Source of the DNA: an uncultured Anaerolineales bacterium | GTDB taxonomy: Bacteria; Chloroflexota; Anaerolineae; Epilineales; Epilineaceae | Assembly (NCBI GenBank): GCA_964651245.1 | Contig: CAZYVI010000008.1 | Span: forward strand, 51,437 to 115,436 | Length of the DNA: 64,000 bases | Reading direction: 5' to 3' | In this document: positions 20,376-29,745 of the stretch, piece after piece | Layout of the letters: each line of letters opens with the position of its first letter | Numbering within the stretch: the first letter of the stretch is position 1 | Notes under the pieces: model-generated | What the model was told of the DNA's origin: nothing | What the model saw: only the letters and a program-made list of their open reading frames with translations | Database searches by the model: none | Position numbers and translations under genes: made by a program

Positions 20376-20645
20376 CTAGTCGTCCGCCCCCGCCGGCTCC
20401 TTGTCGCCGCTCGGTACGACGAGCTCGCTGGTGAGGGCCTCGTCGAGCTCGGCCAGCGAGGCATAGCCGGCGGCCAGCACCGCCTGGCGGACCAGGCCGA
20501 GCGCCTCGCCGCGCAGGTGCGGCGCCAGCTGGCCGAAGTTCTGGTAGAGCCGGTGTCGACCGCTGCCGGACTGGAGCGTCTTGACGGCCAGCTGCCGCCG
20601 GCGGGCTTGGATCTCGACCGAGACGACGCTTTCGTGACTGGCCAT
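20376..20645 (-). CDS. Small hypothetical protein (~89 aa)
   Basis: MASHESVVSVEIQARRRQLAVKTL... with a GGAGGA RBS and a TACAAT upstream; GC-typical codon usage. Confidence 0.6.
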   Translation of the reverse strand: MASHESVVSVEIQARRRQLAVKTLQSGSGRHRLYQNFGQLAPHLRGEALGLVRQAVLAAGYASLAELDEALTSELVVPSGDKEPAGADD

Positions 20646-20796
20646 GGCCGTGAGGTCCTCCGGGCGCGGGGCGGGTCGGGCGGTGGCCGGGGATTGTAGC
20701 CCCGAAACCACCGCGGCGGGCGGGAAGCCATGCCTCCCGCCCGCCGCGTCTGTGGCAGGGACGCCCGGGCCAGGCCCGAGCCGGTGCGTCAGCGGA

Positions 20797-22314
20797 TCAT
20801 TCGGTGGCGTCGCCGCCGGGCGCGGGCACCCGGGCCGGCGCCAGGCGCACCGGGGCGATCACCGCCCAGCGCGCCGGGGCGGCGAGGTTCGCCGGGCCGG
20901 CGGCGGCGTCGCCCAGGCGCTCGAACGCGCCGAAGGGGATGGGCGGCGGAGGCGCGGGCGGCGTCGGCGGCGTGATGCCGCCACCGCCGCTGCTGCCGGG
21001 CGTGTAGCGCAGCGCCTCGAGCTCGCGCAGCGCCACCGTGGTCGACGGACCGGCCGTCGCCGCCAGCAGCAGGTAGCGCGTGTTGAAGGCGCGCAGGTCG
21101 ATCGTCTCGTCGCCGCCGGTGGCGTTGCGGCGCTGGTAGAGGCCCACCCAGTTGCTACCGTTCCAGGCGTAGAGGATGTAGTCCGTGGCGTGCTTGCCCG
21201 CCACCCAGCGCAGCACGACGCGCTGGATCGTCGCCGTCGCCCCGAGGTCGACGTAGACCCAGGCCGGCAGCCGTGCCGACTCCCAGCTGGTGTTGAGGTC
21301 GCCGTCGACCGCCGCCGCGGCCGGCAGGCCGGGCGTCTCGTGTTCGGCCGTCACCGGCTTGCCCAGGGCCAGGTTCTCCCAGGTGGGGCCGCCGCTCGGC
21401 GTGGCGCCGGGGCCTTTGATCTGCCAGTCGCGCAGCTCGTAGTGGCCGCCGGACAGGTAGGGGTGGACGAGCCAGAGCATGAAGTAGCGGCCGCGGATCG
21501 AGCCGCCGCCGCGGATCGTCCAGGTGTCGTTGCCGGTGCCCTGGGTCGTCGAGCCCAGCTGCTGCCAGGCGCGGACGTTGTCGCGCCAGAGGTAGAGCGC
21601 GTAGCCACGGGCGTGGCGCTGCGGGCCCCAGACGGTCTGGATGCTGGCCACGTCGACCTCGGCGCCGAGGTCGACGTAGATCCACTGGATGTTCTGGGCG
21701 CGGTAGAACGGGTCGCTGCCGCCCAGGCTCGACCAGGGCGAGTTGGGGTCGGCGTCGACGGCGTTCTCGGCCGGGAAGCCGGGCTGGGCCGACGAGGCGA
21801 CGACCGGTCGCCCGAAGGCCAGGTTGTCGCTGCCGCTCGGGCCGCCGACCGGCGTCGCCGTGGGCGCCGGCGGGACCGGCGTGGCGGTGGCCGGCGGCGC
21901 GCCGGTGGCCGTGGGCTGGCCGGGCCCGGCGGTGGCGTTGGGGCACGGGTTGGCCTGGTTCTGGATGCTGACGACGTTGAGGTAGGTGCCGCCGGTGCAG
22001 TTGACCCGCGTCCCCGACACCTCGACCCACTGGTTGTAGAACGCGGCGAACGAGCCGGCGCCGCCCGGTCCCTTGAGCTGCTCGACGACCGCGCCGTTGC
22101 AGTCCAGCAGCACGGCGTCGGGGAAGCACACCCCGGCCCCGGTCGTCACGATGCCGCTGGCCTGGACGGCCTGCCGCAGCGGCGCGGCCGCCGGCGCCGC
22201 GCCGACCGGGCGGGCCGGACCGAGCGCGGCCAAGCCGAAGCCGGCCGCGGCGCCGAGCCCCAGCACGCAGGCGATGGCTCTACGAAAGCGGATGAAACTG
22301 CGCTGCGCGACCAT
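20797..22314 (-). CDS. Secreted protein with two discoidin (F5/8 type C / CBM32-like) domains
   Basis: Signal peptide. Repeated NLAxGxPVxASS...AVDGD..TSW...WxYVDLG motifs separated by Pro/Thr linkers. Confidence 0.85.
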   Translation of the reverse strand: MVAQRSFIRFRRAIACVLGLGAAAGFGLAALGPARPVGAAPAAAPLRQAVQASGIVTTGAGVCFPDAVLLDCNGAVVEQLKGPGGAGSFAAFYNQWVEVSGTRVNCTGGTYLNVVSIQNQANPCPNATAGPGQPTATGAPPATATPVPPAPTATPVGGPSGSDNLAFGRPVVASSAQPGFPAENAVDADPNSPWSSLGGSDPFYRAQNIQWIYVDLGAEVDVASIQTVWGPQRHARGYALYLWRDNVRAWQQLGSTTQGTGNDTWTIRGGGSIRGRYFMLWLVHPYLSGGHYELRDWQIKGPGATPSGGPTWENLALGKPVTAEHETPGLPAAAAVDGDLNTSWESARLPAWVYVDLGATATIQRVVLRWVAGKHATDYILYAWNGSNWVGLYQRRNATGGDETIDLRAFNTRYLLLAATAGPSTTVALRELEALRYTPGSSGGGGITPPTPPAPPPPIPFGAFERLGDAAAGPANLAAPARWAVIAPVRLAPARVPAPGGDATE

Positions 22315-22389
22315 GATCGCTCTCCTCTCTCCTCGGACGCGACGGGCGTCGCCCATGAAGCTCGGCGACACCGCGTGGGTCCGATAACG

Positions 22390-22482
22390 ACGACCGCCGG
22401 CCCGCGTTATGACGGGCCGGCGGTCGTGGTCAACCCCATCGAATGGGGCGGGCGCCCGGCGCCGATCGCCGCCGCCCGCCCC
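22390..22482. terminator. Two adjacent GC-rich hairpins in the intergenic region
   Basis: Perfect 15-bp stem (22390-22404 / 22413-22427) and a 10-bp stem (22445-22454 / 22473-22482), downstream of the 22496 gene. Confidence 0.5.
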
Positions 22483-22495
22483 GCGACGCGCGTCG

Positions 22496-24724
22496 CTAGC
22501 CGCCCAGTGCGACCGTCCGCACGCTCACCGGCAGGAAGATCCGGCCGCCGCTCGGCAGCGCCGTCGGGGGCAGCGGCGTCGCCGTGGGGCCGGTCGCCGT
22601 TGGGACGGTGGTCGGCACGCCGCTGGGCTCGAGGGCGGCGGCGGGGATGCGGCCGACGGTGTCGGGGCTCTGGCTGGCGCGGCCGGTCGGGGCGCCGTCG
22701 ATGTCGTAGCTGACCAGCAGGTCACCGCTGGGCTCGAACGCCAGCGCCGTCAGGCCCGAGACCCCGGTGACGACCGGCGTGAACGACACGCCGACGGCGC
22801 CCGACGCCACCTCGGGCACCAGGCTGATCCGGCGCGTGCCGAGCTCGGCCACGTACAGCCGCCCGTTCGGGCTGAACGCCAGCGCCGTCGGCCGGTCGAG
22901 GCCGGTCACGTGCTCGTGGAACTCGTTCTCGTCGAGGACGTCGCCGTCCTTGTTGACGTCGGTGAGGCGGATGATGCGGCCGGTCGGCGCCTGGAAGCCG
23001 CCCAGCAGCGAGACGTAGGCGGTGTCGGGATCGACCGGCGAGAAGGCGAGGCCGGTCGGGATCGCCTGCTGCGCGCCGTCCTCGTACGGCTCGAGCACGG
23101 CCCAGGTCGACAGCGCGCCGGTGACGGGATCGAGCTTGAGGATATCGTTGGCGCCGGCATCGACGACGAACACCGCGTCGCCGCGCGGGCTCGGCACCAG
23201 ATGCCACGGGTTCGAGTCGATGCCGCCGTCGTTGGGGTCGGCGCCGTCGGGGTTGTGGGCGGTCTCGTAGGCCAGCGTGTCAGCCAGGACGGTCGGCGTC
23301 CCGAGCAGGCCGACCTTGAGGATCTTGGCCGCCTCGGCCGGGCGCAGCTGGCCCGGGCCGCCGGACTGCGCGACGAGCAGGTTGAGCGACGTCGGCGCCG
23401 CGCCGGCGTCGAGCGGCCACGGGATGGCGTGGTTGGCGCCCACGACGCCCCCGCCGGGATCGAGGCTGTTCGTCATGTTGTCCAGCACGGTGAACGCCAT
23501 GGCGGGGTTGTCGAGGCCCAACACCTGGACGCGGCCGTCGCCGTTGCCGGGCGTGAACTCGCCGGGTTTCGGCGTGCCGGTGCCGCCCTCGCTGACGATG
23601 AGAACGTCCTGGTCGACGCCCTGGAAGCTGACCGACTGGAGCCAGAGGCCGTGCGGGTTCTTGAGGTCGCGGATCAGCGGCGTGACCGGCGACGGCGGAC
23701 CGGCGGTCGGCGCCTCGGTCGGCACCGCGGTCGCCGGCGGGGCGGTCGGGCTCGCGCCGTCGCTGACGACGAGCGTGCCCTCCATGCCGTTGGCTCGGTG
23801 CATGCCGACCGAGCAGTAGTAGGCGTACGTCCCCGGAACGGCCGGCGCGGCGAAGGCGATCGCGGCTTGTTCGCCGCCGCGGATGATCGGGGTCCGCTCC
23901 ACCCGTCCGCCGTCGAGCTCGAAGACGATGTCGTGCGTGCCCATCGCGTTCATGAACGTCACCGACAGCGCCTCGGACGGAGCGACGGTGACGGTGCTCG
24001 GGTCGAACGCGAAGTTCGTGCCGGTGAACGTCAGCGCCCGCGGCTGGGTCGGCGCGGTGACGACGAGCACGCCCTCCATGCCGTTGGCCCGGTGCATCCC
24101 CACCGTGCAGTAGAACGGATAGCGCCCGGGCGCCACCGGCGCGTCGAAGGCGACGTTGGCCGTCTGGCCGGCCTGGATGCGGTCGGTCTTGGCCTGGCGC
24201 CCGCCGTCGAGGTCGAAGACGATGTCGTGGAAACCCTGGACGTTCTTGAACGCGATGTCGAGCGACTCGCCGGGCGCCGCCTCGATCTCGTTGGGGTCGT
24301 ACTTGTAGTTGGAGCCCTCGACCGTCACCGTCCGCGCCGCCTGGCCGGGGTCGCCGACGACGAGCGTGCCGGTCATGCCCTGCTGGCGGTGGTTGCCGAC
24401 GTCGCAGTAGTACTCGTAGAGGCCCGGCTCCAGGGGGGCGTTGAACGCCAGCTGGCGCGTCACGCCCAGGCTGGCTGGCTCGACGCGGGCGACGTTGCCG
24501 GCGCCGAGATCGAAGACGATCGAGTGCGGGCTGGTGAGCCCCAAGCCGATGAACAGGACGTCCATCGCCTCGCCCGGCTCGACCTGGATCTCGGTCTTGT
24601 CGAAGGTGTTGTCGGTGCCGGTGATCGTGATCGCGCGCTGCGGCGCGGCCCAGGCGATGGCGCCGCTCACGAGCGCGGTCGCCAGCGCGAGCACGGCAGC
24701 GCCCAACCAGGTCTGGCTGCGCAT
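22496..24724 (-). CDS. Secreted protein: three cupredoxin domains + ScyD/ScyE-like beta-propeller
   Basis: Real start MRSQTWLGAAV (ATG 24724). Three H...YCxVGxHRxxGM units; propeller with DSNPWHL, DAGANDIL and AIPTGLAF; C-terminal RIFLPVSVR. Confidence 0.85.
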   Translation of the reverse strand: MRSQTWLGAAVLALATALVSGAIAWAAPQRAITITGTDNTFDKTEIQVEPGEAMDVLFIGLGLTSPHSIVFDLGAGNVARVEPASLGVTRQLAFNAPLEPGLYEYYCDVGNHRQQGMTGTLVVGDPGQAARTVTVEGSNYKYDPNEIEAAPGESLDIAFKNVQGFHDIVFDLDGGRQAKTDRIQAGQTANVAFDAPVAPGRYPFYCTVGMHRANGMEGVLVVTAPTQPRALTFTGTNFAFDPSTVTVAPSEALSVTFMNAMGTHDIVFELDGGRVERTPIIRGGEQAAIAFAAPAVPGTYAYYCSVGMHRANGMEGTLVVSDGASPTAPPATAVPTEAPTAGPPSPVTPLIRDLKNPHGLWLQSVSFQGVDQDVLIVSEGGTGTPKPGEFTPGNGDGRVQVLGLDNPAMAFTVLDNMTNSLDPGGGVVGANHAIPWPLDAGAAPTSLNLLVAQSGGPGQLRPAEAAKILKVGLLGTPTVLADTLAYETAHNPDGADPNDGGIDSNPWHLVPSPRGDAVFVVDAGANDILKLDPVTGALSTWAVLEPYEDGAQQAIPTGLAFSPVDPDTAYVSLLGGFQAPTGRIIRLTDVNKDGDVLDENEFHEHVTGLDRPTALAFSPNGRLYVAELGTRRISLVPEVASGAVGVSFTPVVTGVSGLTALAFEPSGDLLVSYDIDGAPTGRASQSPDTVGRIPAAALEPSGVPTTVPTATGPTATPLPPTALPSGGRIFLPVSVRTVALGG

Positions 24725-24828
24725 GGCAGGTCCTTTCGCGTCGAACGGAGTGGATTGGGTGGGGCCGGAAGGCACAGGATGCACGCGCGCGGCCGGTTCG
24801 CCAAGCCGCGGGGCGGCCGCGGCCGGCG

Positions 24829-27390
24829 TCAAACCCGGGCCACCCGGGCCAGGATCTGGCTGACGACCTCGTAGTTGACCGTCCCGAGCCAGCCGGCGAC
24901 GACCTCGGCCGTGATCGACCGGCCGCCCTGATGGCCGATCAGGACGACCTCGTCGCCGGTTCGGACGCCCGGGATCGCGGTGACGTCGACCGCCGACTGG
25001 TCCATCGAGACGCGCCCGACGAGCGGGGCGGCGGCGCCGCGGACCAGGACGTGCCGCCAGCGCGTCGGGCCGCGGCGGAAGCCGTCGGCGTAGCCGACCG
25101 GGATCGTGGCGACGCGCGACGCCCGCTCGGCGACCCAGGTCCGCCCGTAGCCGACGGCCTCGCCGGGCGCCAGGTCGTGGACCTGGGCCACCTGGGTCTT
25201 CCAGGCCAGCGCCGGCCGCAGCGCGTCGTCGCCGACGGCGGCCGAGGGCGCGAGGCCGTAGAGCGCGATGCCGGGCCGGACGAGGTCGAACACGGCATCG
25301 TCGCGGCCGAGCAGGGCGGCGCTGTTGGCGGCGTGCGCCAGCGGCGGCCGCACGCCGGCGGCCGCGGCGTCGGCCACGACGCGGCGGAACGTCGCCAGCT
25401 GGGCGTCGGTGGCGGCGCGCGCACCGGGCTCGACCTCGTCGGCGGCGGCCAGGTGGGTGAACAGGCCCTCGACCGCGAGGTGGGGCAGACCGGCCAGCGC
25501 GCCAAGGAACGCCACCGCGTCCGCCGGCGGCAGGCCGAGCCGGTGCAGGCCGGTGTCGACCTTGACGTGGACGGCGACGATGCGGTCCAGGTCGCGGCCG
25601 GCGGCGTCGAGCGCGACGGCCGTGTCGTGGTCGTAGACCGTCAGGGCGACGCCGAGGCCGACGGCGTCGCGGGCCTGCCAGCCGGGCGTCCAGCCCAGGA
25701 CGAGGATCGGGGCGTCGATCCCTTCGCGGCGCAGCGCCGCCGCCTCGGCCAGGCAGGCCACGCCGAGGCGGTCGGCGCCGTTGTGGAGCACGGTGCGGGC
25801 GACGCGCACGGCGCCGTGGCCGTAGGCGTCGGCCTTGATGACGGCCATGAGCGGCACGCCGCCGGCGCGGGCCTTGAGCCGCCGGGTGTTGTCGGCGATC
25901 GCGCCGAGGTCGATCTCGAGCCAGGTCGGCCGATCGGGGCGCAACACGACGATCTGGCGCCAGGCGGCGTCCTGCCGCACCAGGACGTCGCCGGCGCGGT
26001 CGGGATCGGCCATGAGGCCGGCGGTGACGTGCTCCATGCGCGTCACGGCGCTGCCCTTGACGAGCGCCACGGCATCGGCGTCGAGCAGCGGCCGGACGGC
26101 GGCGATGGCGTCCTCGGCGCGGTAGGTGACGGCGATCCGGTCGGCGGCGAGCCCGGCCGCCCGCGCCCCGGCGGCGATGTGCTCGGCCTCGGCGCCGCGG
26201 GTCACGAGGGCGTCGACGGTGCGCGCGGCGCGTGCGCCGACGGCGTGGTGGGCCTCGGCCGAGGCCGCGCCAAGCTCGGCCATGTCGCCCAGGACGGCGA
26301 TGCGCCGGCCGGCCGGCAGCGCCGCCAGGACGTCGAGCGCGGCCTCGACCGCGGCCGGGCTGGCGTTGTAGCTGTCGTCGAGGATCGTGCTGCCGGCGTA
26401 ACCGGCGAGCGGGTTCAGCCGCCCCTTCTGTGGTGGCAGCGTCGCCAGCCGCTCGACGACGTCGGCCGTGGTCAGGCCGAACCGCCGACCGGCGGCGACC
26501 GCCATCAGCGCGGCGGTGACGAAGTGCCGGCCGAGCCACGGGATGCGGGCAGGAGCGACGTCGTCGCCGGCGACGATGTCGAACGCCGTGCCGTCGCGCG
26601 CCAGCCGCACGTCGCGCGCGTACAGGTCGGCCGCCCGGTCGCCGTCGGCGCTGACGCGGACGACCGGCGCGCGCGTCCGGGTCGCCATCCGCGCCACGCG
26701 GGCGTCGTCGGCGTTGAGGACGGCCAGGCCGCCGGGGGCAAGCGCCTCGACGAGCGCGCCCTTCTCGCGCTCGACGCCGTCGAGGTCGCCCAGGGCGTGG
26801 AGGTGGGCGGCGGCGACACGCGTCACGAGCGCCACGGCCGGCGGGGCGATGGCCGCCAACTCGGCGATCTCGCCGAAGCGGTCCGTAGCCATCTCGAGCA
26901 CCAGCACCTCGGGTGCCGCGGCGCCGTCGTCGATCTCGCCCAGGGCGATCGGCAGGCCGAAGGTGTCGTTGAAGTTGCCGGGGTTGCGGAAGACGGACAG
27001 CTGCCCGGCCAGGACGTGGGCGACGAGCTCCTTGGCCGAGGTCTTGCCGACGCTGCCGGTGATCGCCACGACCGGCAGGCCGAGCCGGCGCACCCGCCAC
27101 GCCGCCCAGCGCTCCAGCGCGGCGCGCGTGTCGGGCACGACGATGCACGTGGCCCCCCAGCTCGCGACGTCGGCCGGCCGCTGGCACAGGACGCCGGTCG
27201 CACCGGCGCGCAGGGCGGCGGCGATGTGGTCGTGGCCGTCGGCCTTGGCCGTCCGGACCGCGACGAACAGCTGGCCGGGACGGACGATGCGCGAGTCGAA
27301 GCCGAAGCCGCACCACGCATCGGCAAACGCCGGCCCGGCGACGGCGGCGTCGGGGACGGCGGCGAGCAGGTCGGCCAGGTGGACCGTCAT
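24829..27390 (-). CDS. murF-alr: Bifunctional MurF ligase / alanine racemase fusion
   Basis: MurF: ITGSVGKTSAKE, GNFNDTFG, DDSYNASP, LGDMAELG. Alr: AVIKADAYGHG (PLP Lys), RPGIALYG, YADG, GRVSMDQ. Confidence 0.95.
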   Translation of the reverse strand: MTVHLADLLAAVPDAAVAGPAFADAWCGFGFDSRIVRPGQLFVAVRTAKADGHDHIAAALRAGATGVLCQRPADVASWGATCIVVPDTRAALERWAAWRVRRLGLPVVAITGSVGKTSAKELVAHVLAGQLSVFRNPGNFNDTFGLPIALGEIDDGAAAPEVLVLEMATDRFGEIAELAAIAPPAVALVTRVAAAHLHALGDLDGVEREKGALVEALAPGGLAVLNADDARVARMATRTRAPVVRVSADGDRAADLYARDVRLARDGTAFDIVAGDDVAPARIPWLGRHFVTAALMAVAAGRRFGLTTADVVERLATLPPQKGRLNPLAGYAGSTILDDSYNASPAAVEAALDVLAALPAGRRIAVLGDMAELGAASAEAHHAVGARAARTVDALVTRGAEAEHIAAGARAAGLAADRIAVTYRAEDAIAAVRPLLDADAVALVKGSAVTRMEHVTAGLMADPDRAGDVLVRQDAAWRQIVVLRPDRPTWLEIDLGAIADNTRRLKARAGGVPLMAVIKADAYGHGAVRVARTVLHNGADRLGVACLAEAAALRREGIDAPILVLGWTPGWQARDAVGLGVALTVYDHDTAVALDAAGRDLDRIVAVHVKVDTGLHRLGLPPADAVAFLGALAGLPHLAVEGLFTHLAAADEVEPGARAATDAQLATFRRVVADAAAAGVRPPLAHAANSAALLGRDDAVFDLVRPGIALYGLAPSAAVGDDALRPALAWKTQVAQVHDLAPGEAVGYGRTWVAERASRVATIPVGYADGFRRGPTRWRHVLVRGAAAPLVGRVSMDQSAVDVTAIPGVRTGDEVVLIGHQGGRSITAEVVAGWLGTVNYEVVSQILARVARV

Positions 27391-27460
27391 CGCCTGAGGC
27401 GAGGGCCGGCCCCGACGCCGTCGCCGAGCGCCGCGCGTGCGGCGGGCCGGACGCCCGGGC

Positions 27461-28573
27461 TCACGCCAGCGGCCCGCGCTTCGCCCGGTGCGCGGCCAGC
27501 GAGCGGTCGAGGATCGTTGACACGAGGTCGTGGGGCAGGATGCCGTCCTCGATCGGGCCGAGGAAGACGGTCGAGCTCGGGCTCGAGCCGGGCAGCGTGT
27601 TGGGCTCGCCGACGATGATGCGCCGCGCCCCGCCGTCGTCGGCGCGGGCGTCGCCGCCGTCGGGCGCCACGACGTACATGTCGATGCGGGCGAAGACGCG
27701 CAGCTGCAGCGCCGTGAAGGCGCGCTCGGCGACGTCGCGCACGGCGGCGAGCACCGCGGCCGGCAGGCGGGCCGGTGTGATGTTCTCGCCGTGGCCGGGC
27801 AGGAACTTCTCCTCGATCGTCAGGAACGCCCCCTTGGCCGGCGTCTCGGTCGGGGCGAACGCCCGCGGCCGCCCGCCCTCGTCCTCGAGCACGACGACAG
27901 TGACCTCGACGCCGCGCAGGTGCTCCTCGACGAGGGCGACGGTGTCCCAGGCCAGGGCATCGTCGATCGCAGCGCGCAGCGCGGCGCGGTCGCCCGGCAC
28001 GCCCAGCGCCGTCGAGCAGCCCTCGCGGCTGGGCTTGACGACGCACGGGTAGCCCAGCGCGGTCTCGACGCGGGCGATGGCGGCGTCGGCGCCGGCGGTC
28101 CACTCGGCGGCCGTGACCGCCACCGTCGCCGGGACGTCGATGCCGGCCTGGCGCAGCAGGTCGCGCTGGACGCGCTTGTCCATCCCGAGCGCGCTGCCGA
28201 GGACGCCCGAGCCGACGTAGGGCACGTCGAGCAGCTCGAGCAGCCCCTGGAAGCAGCCATCCTCGCCGTACTTGCCGTGCAGGCCGATGTAGACGACATC
28301 GAACCGCTCCGGCAGCGCCTCCCACGGCAGCCGCTCGGCGTCGTGCGCCAGCCGGGCGTCGATGTCGGCGGTGGTGTTCTGGACGACGAGCGGCAGCGGG
28401 ATCGCCCAGAGCCCGCCCTGGGCGTCCATGTAGACCGCCGACGGGTCCCAGCGGCTGCGGTCGATCGTCTGGAAGATGTGCCGCCCGCTCTCGAGCGAGA
28501 TCTCGCGCTCCGACGAGCGGCCGCCGAGGACGACGGCGACGCGGGGGCGGGGGGCGGGGGGTGGCGGGGTCAT
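27461..28573 (-). CDS. ddl: D-Ala-D-Ala ligase-family protein, paralogue B (EEKF / EGCS variant)
   Basis: Start MTPPPPAP (ATG 28573). Motifs GGRSSERE, LHGKYGEDG, MDK, RID and EPNTLPG. Confidence 0.9.
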   Translation of the reverse strand: MTPPPPAPRPRVAVVLGGRSSEREISLESGRHIFQTIDRSRWDPSAVYMDAQGGLWAIPLPLVVQNTTADIDARLAHDAERLPWEALPERFDVVYIGLHGKYGEDGCFQGLLELLDVPYVGSGVLGSALGMDKRVQRDLLRQAGIDVPATVAVTAAEWTAGADAAIARVETALGYPCVVKPSREGCSTALGVPGDRAALRAAIDDALAWDTVALVEEHLRGVEVTVVVLEDEGGRPRAFAPTETPAKGAFLTIEEKFLPGHGENITPARLPAAVLAAVRDVAERAFTALQLRVFARIDMYVVAPDGGDARADDGGARRIIVGEPNTLPGSSPSSTVFLGPIEDGILPHDLVSTILDRSLAAHRAKRGPLA

Positions 28574-28649
28574 GGGGGGTATTGTACGCAGAGGCGGAAG
28601 GGCGACGACGGGTCGCGCCGATCGATGGGATCGGACGTCGATGGTTCGA

Positions 28650-29735
28650 CTACAACGGCCCCCGCTTCCCCCCATGGTCGGCCAGCGCCACCTCGACGAT
28701 CCGCTCGATGACCATCGCGGCCGTCAGGCCGGCCTCGGCCGCCTGGTGGAACAGGAAGCTGCTCGGCGACATCCCGGACGTGCTGTTCGGGTCGGTGAAG
28801 AGGATCTGGCCGTCCGGCAGTAGGAAGCCGTCGAGGCGGGCGTAGCCCTTGAAGCCGAAGGCGACGAACAGCCGCTCGGCCTCGCGCTGCAGCCGCGCCA
28901 GCGTGGCCGCGTCGACGCGGGCGGGCGTAATCTTCTGCGAGCGGCCGGGCATGTACTTGTCGTCGTAGGTCATGAACGGGTTGGGGCTGACGGTTTCGGT
29001 CGGCAGCAGCGCCTCGGCGCCGCCGCCCGGGGCGCCCAGGACGATGACGCTGAACTCCATCCCATCGAGGTAGGCCTCGACGAGCGCCGCCGTGTCCCAG
29101 CGCAGCGCCTCGTCGATCGCCGCCGCCAGCCCGCCGTCGCCGTCGACGTCCTCGAGGTCCGCCACGACGCTCACGCCGATGCTCGACCCCTCGCGCGCCG
29201 GCAGCACCACGAGCGGCGCGCCGACCGCGGCGGCGATGCGCGCAACGCACGCCTCGCGGTCGGCCGCCCAGTCGGCGGCGGCGACGACGACCTCGCGCGG
29301 CACGGCGAAGCCGTGGGCCGCCAGCAGCCGGTGCGCCATCGGCTTGTCGAGCGACAGCGCGGCGGCCAGGACGCCGGAGCCGGTGTACGGCACGCCGGCC
29401 AGCTCGAGGGCGCCCTGGATGCAGCCGTCGTCGCCGTACTTGCCGTGCAGCGCGATGAACGCGACGTCGACGAGCGCCGGCAGCGCCTCGTACGGCACCT
29501 GCTCAGCGTCGGCCGCCAGCCGCGCCTCGATGTCGGCGCAGGTGTTCTGGACGACGAGCTTGTCGGGCAGCCGCCAGAGCCGCCCGGCGCCGTCCATGAA
29601 CAGCGGCACCGCTGCGAACCGCGCCCGGTCGAGGTGGAACACGACCTGCCGCCCGCTCGCCAGCGACACCTCGCGCTCGCTCGACCGGCCGCCGAGGACG
29701 ACGCCGACGCGGAGGCGGCCCTGGGGGTCGGTCAA
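28650..29735 (-). CDS. ddl: D-Ala-D-Ala ligase-family protein, paralogue A (DDKY / DPNSTSG variant)
   Basis: TTG start. Motifs GGRSSERE, LHGKYGDDG, EGSSIG, YDDKY and RLD. Confidence 0.9.
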   Translation of the reverse strand: MTDPQGRLRVGVVLGGRSSEREVSLASGRQVVFHLDRARFAAVPLFMDGAGRLWRLPDKLVVQNTCADIEARLAADAEQVPYEALPALVDVAFIALHGKYGDDGCIQGALELAGVPYTGSGVLAAALSLDKPMAHRLLAAHGFAVPREVVVAAADWAADREACVARIAAAVGAPLVVLPAREGSSIGVSVVADLEDVDGDGGLAAAIDEALRWDTAALVEAYLDGMEFSVIVLGAPGGGAEALLPTETVSPNPFMTYDDKYMPGRSQKITPARVDAATLARLQREAERLFVAFGFKGYARLDGFLLPDGQILFTDPNSTSGMSPSSFLFHQAAEAGLTAAMVIERIVEVALADHGGKRGPL

Positions 29736-29745
29736 CGTGCGGCGC

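Noticed and set aside
24725-27316. 1606-aa ORF 22496-27316 as one giant protein
   Set aside because: The upstream ~860 codons are an off-frame, Arg/Pro-rich overlap with murF-alr. The real gene starts at 24724.
27461-29735. Acquired van resistance cluster
   Set aside because: No vanH, vanX, vanY or vanRS is nearby. The ligases sit in a housekeeping murF-alr context.
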